64,000 nt of DNA from Eledone cirrhosa (lineage: Eukaryota): assembly GCA_964016885.1 (NCBI GenBank), contig OZ024741.1, positions 317,130,001 to 317,194,000 on the forward strand. Reading direction: 5' to 3'. The notes beneath the pieces are model-generated. The model was not told the origin of the DNA. It worked only from the letters and a program-made list of their open reading frames with translations, and did no database searches. Positions 12,246 to 24,379 of the stretch are shown one piece after another. The translations under genes were made by a program, and so were the position numbers. Positions within the stretch are counted from its first letter, which is position 1. Each line of letters starts with the position of its first letter.

Positions 12246-14339
12246 TTACCGTACTTTTGGTAGAGGAGGGATGGTTTTTACATCCCTTTTCACTTGATCG
12301 TCTGGTGAAGGGACCGTTGAATCGTCCCTTCGGCTGGTCGTCGGCTCTTCTAAGAGAATGTCTGAATATACTCTTCGATTAATGGTTCCTCCTAGGTCCC
12401 TGAAATCACCAACTGCGTTGGGGAATTTCGTTTTAATGTTTGTGTATTGTTTCTGTGCTATTTTTAGCAGTCTTATGTTAGTTGGCGTTTTGATTGGTGC
12501 TGGTATTATGTAGTCCTGTTGTGAAATGTCTGTGTGTTCAATTATGTAAGTCATTAGTTTCTTGTTGTGTGTGTTTATTGCCGTGCATTTGTTTTTCTGG
12601 GGGTGGGGTGTGGTTCTGCTATTTTCTTGTCGTTGTTGCTGGGTGTGTGTGTTTTGTTGTTGTGTTTGCGATGTTGGTGCTTGTGGTGTTGAAGGTGTTG
12701 TTGGCGGTGGGGTTGTCGCCGGTGGTGATGGTGGTGCTGGTGTGGGTGGTGATGGTGTTGGTGGTGTTGCTGCTGTGGGTCTCTTTGCAGTAGACTTTAC
12801 CCTTTTCTCATTTCTTTCCTCCCTTTTCAAAGGCGACGATGCGCTGCTTCTGCGTTTGTGCCTTCTTGAGACCTTTTGCCATCCCTCTCCCACCTCACAC
12901 TCCATGTCTGATTCTGTAAGGTCGGGGAGGGGTACCAGCTCCACTCTTTCACTTGTTGTTGTTGGTGATGTTTGCACTGGAGTCTCTGTTGCAGCTGCAT
13001 TTGGTATTGCTGTTGTTGTTGTTAATATTTCCACTGCTGCTGCTGTCTTTGATTTCCGTGGAGTGGGTATGGGTGCCACGGACCTATCGTTCCTGGTTGC
13101 CGCTTGTCCTGTTGCTGGTAGCCGTGGAACCGGATTCGGGAGGAGGGGGGTTTTCTCCTTTCTCAGGGTCTTCTCGTTGCAGAAGGCCCTGAGGTGAGTC
13201 TTCGATCCACAGCGAAAGCATTTCGGGCGTTTGCCCTCAACACTTATGGGCAGTTGAGTGCCGTTATCGAAGTCTATCACATCCGGGATAGCTTCGATGC
13301 ACTCCTGGTTGGTTTGGATTAGCATCTCAATGGAGGAGCCGACCCAATCTTCTCTTACTTTTTTCTGTACTTGCAGTACAGTTGTTTTGTCCTCGATTCC
13401 GACGAGGACAGACGCGGCCAGCCAAGAAGGGGTCATTCCGGGGGGGACGTGGGTCAGTTTGACCCTCACAATTTTTTGCCCGCAGTAGGAGGGCACCAAC
13501 ACCATTTCCTCGCTCCTTAGGGTCACTACTGATTGGGCCTTTGCCTCCTGGGGTGTGGCAAAAAGTACGTCTACGGTGGCGTATTTTTTGCCTCGGGTGA
13601 TGTGCGTTTTCCTCTGCCACACAGACCCCAAGGCTTTTTGTATTTGGGCCTCTGTGGCTCTTTCCACCCTACGGGATTTTGTACTTACTGTACGGTACGT
13701 GACCGTACAGTGCTCTTGGGTTTCGAAAAAATTTTTCGCTGCCTTGCAGATTGCTCGGTGACCGTTCTTTGTCACCATCTTCTTCGCTTCCTCTAATTCC
13801 TCATTTGTTATGAGGATTGTTTCCAGGTTTTTCGCAATACCTGCAAATGAGATTGGTTTTTCTCTGCTGTTGTTGTTGTCGTCAGAGCTGCTGGTACTTT
13901 TGTTGTTGCTGCAGGTACTACGACTACTGCCTCCGCCGCTGTTGCTGTGGTTGTTGTTGGTGTTGCTGCTGCTAATGCTGTTGTTGTTTATGCTGCTGGT
14001 GATGCTGTTGCGGCTGCTACTGTTGTTTTCATTGTCACTGTTGCTGTTGTTATTACGGCTGCTACTGCTATTATTCCTGACGTCAGACGAATGAACTGGG
14101 TTTTCGTATTTCCCGCACACCTGTTTCGTCGCTGTCGTCGTCGTCGTGGAGAAACCTTGCACGCTTTGCACGAGACTTTTCTTTTCTTTCGTCGCTTGCG
14201 AAAGAGAAGGTAGGGAGAGAGACACATTTAAAGAAGGGAGGGAGAGAGACAATCTTCTCTCTCCTGTAGTGATGATTGAGGAAGAAGAAGACGGAATGAG
14301 TGGGAGTGACGTATGAAATTTTTTTTTTTTGGTAGCCAT
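12246..14339 (-). CDS. Tx1 ORF1p (~697 aa from the first ATG): low-complexity N-terminus, RRM-like core, CCHC knuckle, Pro/Thr-rich region
   Basis: Open frame directly upstream of ORF2 with CFRCGSKTHLRAFC (CX2CX4HX4C). First ATG at 14339. Confidence 0.9.
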   Translation of the reverse strand: MATKKKKFHTSLPLIPSSSSSIITTGERRLSLSLPSLNVSLSLPSLSQATKEKKSLVQSVQGFSTTTTTATKQVCGKYENPVHSSDVRNNSSSSRNNNSNSDNENNSSSRNSITSSINNNSISSSNTNNNHSNSGGGSSRSTCSNNKSTSSSDDNNNSREKPISFAGIAKNLETILITNEELEEAKKMVTKNGHRAICKAAKNFFETQEHCTVTYRTVSTKSRRVERATEAQIQKALGSVWQRKTHITRGKKYATVDVLFATPQEAKAQSVVTLRSEEMVLVPSYCGQKIVRVKLTHVPPGMTPSWLAASVLVGIEDKTTVLQVQKKVREDWVGSSIEMLIQTNQECIEAIPDVIDFDNGTQLPISVEGKRPKCFRCGSKTHLRAFCNEKTLRKEKTPLLPNPVPRLPATGQAATRNDRSVAPIPTPRKSKTAAAVEILTTTTAIPNAAATETPVQTSPTTTSERVELVPLPDLTESDMECEVGEGWQKVSRRHKRRSSASSPLKREERNEKRVKSTAKRPTAATPPTPSPPTPAPPSPPATTPPPTTPSTPQAPTSQTQQQNTHTQQQRQENSRTTPHPQKNKCTAINTHNKKLMTYIIEHTDISQQDYIIPAPIKTPTNIRLLKIAQKQYTNIKTKFPNAVGDFRDLGGTINRRVYSDILLEEPTTSRRDDSTVPSPDDQVKRDVKTIPPLPKVR

Positions 14340-14552
14340 GTTTTTTTGTTTAAAATGAAATTTTGGGTACAAAACCCCAATAACTGGCTATTTAACCCCG
14401 AAGGGCCAAATAACGGACAGAAAGACCCCTCTCACGAGGAGGAGGGTGTCTTTATCAACAATTTGGTTCAAGTCTTAAACAATTTACAATTGTTTTAACG
14501 GTTAAAAATTACTATACCTTACAGAGCCGAGCCTCCGTCAACCATGGCATTC

Positions 14553-14608
<56 letters not shown>

Positions 14609-14621
14609 TAATAATAATGAT

Positions 14622-17600
14622 GATTTCTTTATTGGCTACAAGGGCTGACATCAAGAAAAACATTACAGACGGCACAGGACGGTACAGGACGGTAGAATGT
14701 GGGTTTTGTGCGTGTAAAGATTTTTATTATTTATATAAAAAAAGAAAAAAGACATAGAAACATATATATAAACAATAAAAATGAAAATTGAAACAATGAA
14801 AAATTCCCCAATAGGGGGGAGACCTCTAAGGGTTACTCGTGGCGAAAACCGCACAAAGGACCACGGCCACCCTGACCACCAGGGCAAGTGCCCTCTCTCA
14901 ATTTTTCCATTTCTCAAACTACAGGCGTATATTCAGAGTGGTCCCGTTCACTCGGACCATTCTCACTACATTCACCCACCTTTCAACAAACTTGCTAGAA
15001 GGCAGCACTTGCCTCTCCACCCTAACTTTCCTCTTCAAGTGAAACTTGAAAAAGTTAATTAGGGATTCGCCGAAGAAGAAAGTATCTGTCTTTAACCCTT
15101 TCAACCTTCTCCACCACACAATCTCTTTTGCCATGGCCACCAGGCAGATGAAAACCGCCTGCCCTTCCTCCTCGAAGGAAGACGGCGAGACCATCTGCAT
15201 AATGGACTCAGTCGATAACCGGATCAGTCCTACACGCAACAGCAACTGTTCGACATAGCTCCACAAGTCAGCAATGCTCGGGCACTGAACGAGTGCGTGC
15301 ACGACGGTTTCGTCGCTCTGCGCGCATCTTGGAGAGGCTCGGCTGACGGCACTTCCGTACCTGTAGAGCTTATCTCGAAGCGGCAGCGCTCCCCGGTAGC
15401 ACTGCCAGGCCAGGGATTTTGGGAAGTTATCCATAGGCCCTGGGTTGGAAGTTCTCCGGAAGAGAGCAAACAGCTGATCTTCTTCGACGCCCAGGATCTC
15501 TCCGAGAACGTCGTCGCTCTTCCCCTCCACTAGTCCGTTATAGAACACCGAGGCAGAGGGCAGTGAGCACCTGGAGACATTCCAGTTTCCAAGCGCTATC
15601 CCTCGGTCTTTTTCTGACCCAGGTCTGCAGCTCCGTCAAGGAGACGAGCTGTGGGAAAACGTGCCTGGCGAACGGCGACCACACCTGTTCACCGTCAAAG
15701 AAGCACCAGAGATGTTGCAGCCTCAGCGCATGTTTGCGCATCATCAGCCATGGCATGCCCAGTCCTCCACGCAATGGGTGTTGACAGCAGATGGATCGCC
15801 TGACCATGGGAGCGCGTCCCTTCCACAAAAAGCGGAAGAGGAGGCGCTCCATTTTGGTGAGAGTTGGGCCGGGGAAAGGGACGACGGTGAGGCGATAGCA
15901 GATGACGGATGCGATGTACGCATTCCCCACCTCCGCCCGGCCTTTCAGGGACAGCTTCCTCTCGGCCCATTTCTGGGTGAGGGAGGCCACCTTGCTCGTC
16001 ACCTCGCTCCAGTTTTTCTCCATCTAGAGGTCTGGTCCGAACCAGACCACGAGCAATTTAACCGGTCTGTCTGTCCAACGCCCCACGACACTGTCGGACG
16101 GCATGGACTTGCTTCTCCAGGTGCCGAGATGCAAGCCCATCGACTTTTCCTGGTTTATCTTTGCTCCTGTTACCGCTTCGTATTCCTTGAGAGCGGTGCC
16201 GAGCATCTGGACGTGTCTGGTGCTCGACATCACCACGGTGACGTCGTCGGCGTAAGCCGACTCGGATTTCCCGCATCCTAGTTCGCGTGGGACGCCCCTC
16301 ATCGCCCGCAGTTTGTGCAGTAACGGCTAGAGAGCCAATACGTACAAGAGGGACGAGAGGGGACAACCCTGGCGGACCTAGCGCATGACGTTGAACGGCT
16401 GCGACAGGTGACCGTTCACCCTCACAACTGAGCAGATGTCGCTGTACATCGCAGCGATCCAACCCCTGAAAACGGGCCCGAAACCGGCTGCCCCGAGGAC
16501 CGCCACCAGGTACCGATGGTCGACCCTATCGAATGCTTTGGACTGATCCAAGTTGATCAGGGCCCTACCCGTGCCAGGTTCCTTAACTACTCTCTCTATG
16601 ATGTATCGCATGAGGTGGAGGTTGTCGTGTATGGATCTGTCCGGAATGGCGCATGTCTGCGCCTCTCCCACCAGACCCTTGACGACAAGCGCCAACCTCG
16701 TTGCTAACACCTTGGCCAAAATCTTGAACTCTGCGTTTAGCAGGGTTATGGGCCTGAAGTTATCGATAACATCCCCCTTGTTCGGGTCTTTTCTCAGCAG
16801 CGCCACCGCTCCCCGGCTCACAAAACTGGGAATGCTCCCGTTCTGCTGCCAATTGCAGTAGACGTCTGCCAAGAGGTCACCGAACAAGCCTGGCATAAAT
16901 GCATAAAGCTCGTAGCTCAGACCATCCAAACCTGGCGATTTACCCCTCGTGCAGTTAGCCATCGCTTCCCGTATTTCACCTGCTGTTATTGGCTTTTCGC
17001 AACACTGTGCTGCGGTCGTTGCGAGCCGAGGCAGTCCGTCGAGGTATGCACTGAAGTCCATACCCCGATCCGGTTTGCCGCTGCTCCCGAACAGTTCAGC
17101 AAAGTACTGCTGAAAAGCTTCACACATCTGCTCGGGTTCAAGCAACACGCGCCAGTTTTGGTCAGACAAAGACCGAATTCTGGCTTTGTTGCCACGTCGC
17201 GCCTCTGCCACCCGGGCCCATTGGACGGTTGTCCCCTCGTGTTTCAGAGCACGCGCTCTAGCTCTGACAACGCAGCCTTCGTGTTTTGCGTTGAAGAATT
17301 GGTTGAGTGCCAATCTCGCCGCAAGCACGTCGGTTGCGATGCCTGTCCTAAACGCCTCTTCTAGCTTTCTGACTAGCTCTCCCTCTACTCTATTTTCCTT
17401 TATCACTAGTCTTTTGCTAAACCTAATCGACTCTACTTTAATTGCCTTTTTCAGGGCGAACCACCACCTGTTGTTGACGACTGCTCCCGTCAGCGCCCGC
17501 TTAACTAATACGCTAATCCGGCCTCTGTAGGCTTTGCGCGCCGGGAAAGACGCGTTCAGCTTCCAGTAACCGGGCTCTTGTCTATGAAGTCTGTCTATGT

Positions 17601-18037
17601 CGATCTCACAGGTCACAAATTTGTGGTCTGTGTAGTCGACTATTTTAAATTGTGGACAACTTATACTAGCCTTATCTAATTCTCTGCAGAATACCCTATC
17701 GAGATACAATCTGGATGACCCGATGCGGTTTGTCTATGTCCACATTGGCACATTCGGGTGATCCAGTCGATACCTGTCAGACAGTTCAAAACGTCTGAGC
17801 AGGTTGGTGAGGCTCTTGCACCCTCCTCCCCTATCCACTAGCCCCACACAATCCCAGCGTGCATCCAAGATACCGTTCCAGTCGCCCACTAACACTAAAA
17901 AGCGGGACGTTCCAAGAAAGGTCTCTAGACGTCTGAAGAAATCTGGCCGTCCTTCCCCTGTTGGGGCATAGACGGCTACTAGCCTGAAAGCATTGCCTTC
18001 GGTGCCGGTCACGTCCAGCACTACCGACTGGATCTAG
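14622..18037 (-). mobile_element. L1/Tx1 copy C, 5'-truncated within APE, a more diverged subfamily with stops and frameshifts
   Basis: ORF2 fragments 14919-18021 are homologous to copy B, with a conserved 3'UTR core. (AAT)n on both sides (14553-14618 and 18038-18050). Confidence 0.93.
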
Positions 18038-18230
18038 AATAATAATAATACAGTTGCTGCTGCTGTTGCTACTGATACTACTACTATTATTTCTTCTACT
18101 GCTACCACCACCACTACATTCATCCAGCCAACCACCCATACATACATACATACATACATACATACATACATACATACATACATACATACATACATACATA
18201 CATACATACATACATACATACATACATACG

Positions 18231-18670
18231 TACGTAGCAAGAGCTCACAAGATACTAGCTCCTTCAAATCGCCAGGAATGTTGTATGGTAGTAAGATCTG
18301 GGCGCTGTGTGCAGAGGGTCTGCGAAGATTGGAAAGAAATGAAACCTGCGTGCTCCGATTGATATGTAATAGTAATATACACGAAAGGCAAAGGTTAAAT
18401 GAACTGAGAGAGAAACTAGGCACAAGAGGTATCAGATATAATGTTCAGGGGAGGAGATTGCGATGGTATGGGCATGTGGTGCCTATGAAGGATGACAGTT
18501 ATATAAAAAGGTATAAAGCGCTCAAAGTTGATGGAAGCTATGGAGTAGGAATACCCAAGAAGACTTGAGATGAGGTGATAAAAGCTAACCTTGCACAATT
18601 GCAACTCTCAAAGGCGACGACACAGGACCGAGATCTCTGACGTTATATAGTAATACAGAAATTCCGTCTT
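18231..18670 (+). mobile_element. RTE-clade LINE 3' fragment, degraded
   Basis: MLYGSKIW..RRLRWYGHV..G(R)PKKT(W)DEVI is typical of the RTE C-terminus. Preceded by (CATA)n at 18137-18228. Confidence 0.8.
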
Positions 18671-18867
18671 CCCATAAACACAGGCTGAAACATACATCAA
18701 GTATACACCACTTTCACCTCCATCCCCTATTCATAGACCTCCCACGTCCTAACACCACACTCATGTCCTAACACTCCACCCCTCACACACGCCCCTATAC
18801 ATACCTCCCCAATACTCTCCCACCTCCCTCACCAAGTTCGCCAATCCACTCTGTAAAGTAGTCGTTT

Positions 18868-19112
18868 TGATGTCACGGCAAAAAGCACCCAGCACACACT
18901 GTAAATGTGGTTGCACTTTGGAAGGGCATCCAGCTGTAGAAACCAAGCCAGAAACAGTTCTGTATGTGCGAGACAGTCACCTGACCCGACGTGCCTCAAA
19001 TGGGACAATCCGTCTAACCCATGCTAGCGTAGAAAAAGGACGGTAAGTGATGATGATGCTGACGATGATGATGATGATGACGACGATGATGATGATTATG
19101 ATGATCATGATG
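18868..19112 (+). mobile_element. SINE 3' part with (GAT)n tail
   Basis: Contains ggaagggcatccagctgtagaaacc and ccgtctaacccatgctagc..ggacg, then (gat)n. Resembles common mollusc SINE bodies from recall only. Confidence 0.5.
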
Positions 19113-19188
19113 TTATATGTGTGTGTGTTCACGCGTATATAAATTGTAGAAGTTCATTCGGAGGTTCATATATATAAATATATATATA

Positions 19189-19268
19189 CTGAGTCGTCAA
19201 GTATGAAATTTGTAGAAATTTTGTAGAAAAAAAACAAATTTAAACAAATTTAATACTTGGCGACCCAA
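19189..19268. mobile_element. 80-bp Tc1/mariner-type MITE
   Basis: Terminal inverted repeats related to ttgggtcgtcaagtatgaaatttg, flanked by TA. Second copy at 45377-45456. Confidence 0.7.
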
Positions 19269-20086
19269 TATATATATATATATATATATATATGTGTATG
19301 TGTGTCTATGTATGTATGTATGTATGTATGTATGTATGTATGTATGTATGTATGTATGTATGTATGTATGTATGTATGTGCGCCTATTTTTACCAGAAAA
19401 CGGAGACATATAGCTTGTAAGTTTAATTGCACCAACACAAACTTAATAAGAGTAGTATCTAGGGAATTGTGAATGAAAGCTATTCTATATGGTTGTGAGT
19501 TATTATATGATATATCTATACGTGCCTTTATCGTTGTTCTATATATGCTATATCTGCGAATATTTAAATATAGAGTTCAATCCCGCCCCATATATAAATT
19601 AATTAACCTCCATGCAAATGAAGTGGCCGTAGCTTATAAATGAATACTCAATGACTTCATCCATTTGAAAATTAGAAATGCCATCGGATTAGCTAGATGC
19701 AACTGCTGTGTTCCAAAAACTTGAATATCTCTTCATGATGATCGCCACTGCAGATTCTGTGGAGGTAAATCTACCAGAGATCTGTTCACCTTTGTCACTA
19801 CTTAGTGGGCTCTCCCACAACCAAGAAGAATTTGGTGAAAAATCTTGTTTTTCTTAGACTGTATCTAACATGAGAATCCTCTTAAAACTGTCCGCCCTGT
19901 TAACTCGTGGATGGATAACTTTCTATTACAGCGGACTATCGTGGTGTGTTGATGCTCTTCCTCTCTCTCTCTCACTCACTCTCTCTCTGTCTCTCTCTCC
20001 CAATCTCTCTCTCTTTATATATATATCTGTATGTATGAATATGTATGTATATATATATATACATACACACACACATACATATATAT

Positions 20087-20120
<34 letters not shown>

Positions 20121-20381
20121 ATGTGTGTATATATATATATGTATACATATATATACACACATTTATATACGTACATAAACATATATATATATAGAGAGAG
20201 AAAGAGAGAAAGGGGGAGAGGGGGGAGTGGAAGAGCATCAACACACCACGATAGTCCGCTGTAATAGAAAGTTATCCATCCACGAGTTAACAGGGCGGAC
20301 AGTTTTCGACGGCTAATTCTGGACGTGTCCAGAATTAGCCGTCGAAACGGCTTGAGCTCAGCCGTCGGGGTTCTACTCGTT

Positions 20382-20471
<90 letters not shown>

Positions 20472-20612
20472 CTAGATCCGACCGTTCGAAACGGCCGGAG
20501 CTCAGCAGCCGTCGGGGTCCTGATTCTTTTCCTATTACCCACTCTACTACCCTAAGTATTGAGTACTTTGGTGCGTTATGGTCCACCTGGTTCCTTATCA
20601 CATTTCCTTCGT
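20472..20612 (+). mobile_element. Short Penelope-type pLTR-end insertion with the 3' half of a hammerhead
   Basis: GAAA-hairpin-GTC-ggggtc followed by the shared tail cctattacccactctactaccctaagtattgagtac. Sits in (TA)n. Confidence 0.6.
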
Positions 20613-20638
20613 TATATATATATATATATATATATATA

Positions 20639-20834
20639 CAGGAAAAAGTATGACCCCGACGGCAGAGCACAAGCCGTTTCGACGGCTATTTCTGGACGCG
20701 TCCAGAAATAGCCGTCGAAGCGGCTTGAGCTCTGCCGTCGGGGTCATACTTTTCCTATTTCCCACTCTACTACCCTAAGTATTGAGTACTCTGGTGCGTT
20801 ATGGTCCATCTGGTTCCTTCCCACAATTCCTTTG

Positions 20835-20836
<2 letters not shown>
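20639..20836 (+). mobile_element. Fold-back pLTR-end insertion (half-hammerhead family)
   Basis: ~120-bp palindrome centred on ctggacgcgtccag plus the shared tail. (TA)n on both sides. Confidence 0.65.
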
Positions 20837-20882
<46 letters not shown>

Positions 20883-20900
20883 CAAAGGAATTGTGGGAAG

Positions 20901-21918
20901 ATTATATTAATAAGAGGAATTCCAACTTTGTCTGATTTACTCGTTTTATTTACAATCCTTTAAAATTTATAATGGTATTTGAATGAAATAGTGTGATAGA
21001 ATATTAAATGTTAAGTGTTAATTGAACAAGTACTTTCATGCTTTCGCAATTTTCAGGTTCATAATGTGTGGTGACAGTCAAGTTTGCAATTTTCAACTGT
21101 AATGAGATGGGTAAATTTTGTACCTTATATACAGTGAAAAGTGGCTCCAGAATGCTAAATCTTGCAAACTGTATTTCGACCAATCGGTGTGTAGTTTCAC
21201 TGAATTACTAAAGCTGATTGGTTTAGGCGTCACGGTTGGTTGAGCATGTCTAACGACATTATTATTGTTCATTTAGCTTGGGTTTGAATTTATCAATAAA
21301 ATTCTTTTCTTTGATTTTTCTCTTGATTTCACTTGGGCTGTGTAATTTGTAGAATGGGAATATTATAAATATTCCCTGACCACATGTTGCTAGGTGGTTA
21401 CTTAGGGGTATCTGACGGACATTTGGGTCTCTGATTTGCTGACGGTGTACCCGTGCACGTTCCGATAGTGCATTTCCAGTTTGACCGACATATAGTTCTT
21501 CACAATTCGGGTATTTAATGCAGTAAATTAGATTTCTGCTTTTGCAGTTCATATTTGCATTTGGGAATATTTTTCCAGTTTTTGTTTTCATATATTGACC
21601 GGCGTGTATGGATTGACATGTGGCGCATCGACTATCATTGCATTTAGATACAGTGAATGATTGGTTTTTGTTGTTAAGGTCAAACTTTGCTTTTGTTAGT
21701 AATTGCTTCAAATTTTTTGGCTGTCTTTTACTAAGAGTCAAAGATCGATCTGTGATTAAGCCTTTTAATTCATTACTTTGAGCAATGATCGGTAGGTTTG
21801 CTTTGGCAGTGTTGAAGATATTCTGGTGACATGGGTTGTGTGTCATTATAAATAGTATGACCAGTTCTTGGTTTCTTCTTCCTTGGGTTGTCCTAAGTTG
21901 TTGTATAGGTATTTTTAT
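20901..21918 (-). mobile_element. Penelope-like element, inverted partial copy (GIY-YIG, 3'UTR/pLTR)
   Basis: ORF 21262-21846 is near-identical to 23089-23685 on the opposite strand. Contains NLIYCI..YVGQT..R..H and a hammerhead relic at 21025-21061. Confidence 0.9.
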
Positions 21919-21929
21919 GTTGTATAGGT

Positions 21930-23690
21930 ATCTTCATGAAGAAGATCAACAACCTGGCTTCATAATACCACAACTCACTTACTGATAAGGAAAGAGACTA
22001 CATCACCAATTTTGAGCCGAAACCCAGCAACCTGTATGGCCTACCGAAAGTTCATAAGTCAAAAGAAATACAACTGGCAGTAAGAGAACAAAACAGTGAG
22101 TACATTAAATTACTACACCCAAAACACTTAAAACTTAAACCTATTATAGCTGGTCCAACATGCCCCACCCACCGTCTAAGCAATTTTGTTGGCATTATTT
22201 TGAAACCACTATGTATTCACATACCCAGTTTCATCCGGGATGATATCGACTTCCTGTCCCATCTTCCCAAAACCACGGAAACGAATTCACTTCTACTTAG
22301 TTTTGATGTGGTAAGCCTTTACACCAACATTACACATGATTTAGGAATAAAGGCGGTTAAATACTGGGTGGAAAAACATAGAGAAGTGATTCCCATCAGA
22401 TTCACAGCGCCATTTATATTAGACGCAGTTAAACTTATTCTGGAAAACAACACTTTCTTCTTCAATGGAAAGAATTACATCCAAATTAGCGGCACAGCGA
22501 TGGGAACGAAGTTTGCTCCCGTTTACGCGAACTCTGTAATGGGATACTTAGAACAACAACTCTACCAAGAAATAGAGGAAAAATATAGTACTGACTTTAG
22601 AAAGTACATTGAAAAATCTTGGAAGAGATACCTTGACGAGTGTTTCATCATCTGGACAGATCTCTAGATACTCTGGATGAGTTCAATATCCTCCTGAATA
22701 ACCTACACCCATCTCTACAATTCACAAAAGAGATGAGTAGGACCAAATTACCATTCCTAGATATAATGATAATCAAAAACGACACCACCATTACCACGGA
22801 TATATATTATAAACACACAGACACCCATCAATATCTGAATTTTAAGTCGTGCCATCCACCTCATACAAAACGCAACATCCCATACTGCCTAGCCAGAAGA
22901 ATTTGTACCATTGTAAGAGATACGAATACCAGGTACAAACGCCTAACAGAACTAAGAGAATTTTTGCTCAAACAAAAATACCCATCTCTACTCATAGAAA
23001 ATGGCATACAGCGGGCTATAAAAATACCTATACAACAACTTAGGACAACCCAAGGAAGAAGAAACCAAGAACTGGTCATACCATTTATAATGACACACAA
23101 CCCATGTCACCAGAATATCTTCAACACTGCCAAAGCAAACCTACCGATCATTGCTCAAAGTAATGAATTAAAAGGCTTAATCACAGATCGATCTTTGACT
23201 CTTAGTAAAAGACAGCCAAAAAATTTGAAGCAATTACTAACAAAAGCAAAGTTTGACCTTAACAACAAAGACCAATCATTCACTGTATCTAAATGCAATG
23301 ATAGTCGATGCGCCACATGTCAATCCATACACGCCGGTCAATATATGAAAACAAAAACTGGAAAAATATTCCCAAATGCAAAAGCAGAAATATTCCCAAA
23401 TGCAAAAGCAGAAATCTAATTTACTGCATTAAATGCCCGAATTGTGAAGAACTATGTGTCGGTCAAACTGGAAATGCACTATCAGAACGTGCACGGGTAC
23501 ACCGTCAGCAAATCAGAGACCCAAATGTCCGTCAGATACCCCTAAGTAACCACCTAGCAACATGTGGTCAGGGAATATTTATAATATTCCCATTCTACAA
23601 ATTACACAGCCCAAGTGAAATCAAGAGAAAAATCAAAGAAAAGAATTTTATTGATAAATTTAAACCCAAGCTAAATGAACAATAATAATG
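21930..23690 (+). mobile_element. Penelope-like element, 5'-truncated RT plus GIY-YIG, frameshifted
   Basis: LYGLPKVHK, SFDVVSLYTNI, GTAMGTKFAP, KRYLDE, LPFLD, YYKHT, CxxxxCxxC linker and GIY-YIG. Deletion and duplication at ~23366-23413. Confidence 0.93.
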
Positions 23691-24379
23691 CTTAGGGGTA
23701 TTACTTCTACTATGACTATGACTACGACCATGTCGACTACGACCACTAACAACAACAACAACAACAACAACAATAATAATAATAATAATAAAAGTGATGT
23801 TGATGGTGATGATTACTAGAAAATGCTATTTTCATCAATGGGAAGATAGAGTGGCAAAATACCGCACTTCGGAGCTAGTGTGCCGCACAGCAGAGCAAGG
23901 GTAGCACACTATGCATTTTGGGAGCTTGAGTGACACAGTATGGAAATATAGAGCTTGGGTGACCCCTTATGGCAATGGGGAGATATTGTGGAAATATATG
24001 ATACTTTGAAGCTAGGGTGCCGCAGAATGGCACAGCGGAGCTAGCGTGGGACACTATGGAATTAGGTAGCTAGTATATATATATAATTTGATTCGATCAG
24101 TTGAGTGGTAGTTGAGGAAAGTGATTCTATTTTTAGCATCTATTTTTAGCATCTTCTCGCCAATATTACCTAAACAGCATGGTCCGTCATACTACTGTGT
24201 AATTTATAGCAGCTATCGAGAATTATGTCACACGGAATACTGACATTGTTGAAATTAATATATAGATTAGAGCCCTTGCCATATCTTTCTTTTTCGGTTT
24301 TTTTAATATTTTATTACTTTACATTCCATTCTTTCTTCTCAAACTAAATTTTCTTTCTTCTTTTTGTATTAAATTATAT

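Larger units (their letters stand above)
8528..14552 (-). mobile_element. L1/Tx1-clade non-LTR retrotransposon, copy B, full length and intact
   Basis: 5'UTR, uninterrupted ORF1 and ORF2, a 35-nt inter-ORF spacer and a 3'UTR ending AATAAAGAAATC(ATT)n. Bounded by (AAT)n at 8456-8527 and 14553-14618. Confidence 0.97.

Noticed and set aside
300-17530. Plus-strand ORFs antisense to Tx1 that recur in several copies
   Set aside because: They recur only because the copies are homologous. They are shadows of a GC-rich ORF2 with no recognisable domains.
23860-24075. Degenerate ~40-bp repeats (ggagctag..cactatgg)
   Set aside because: Too decayed to define a unit or an origin.
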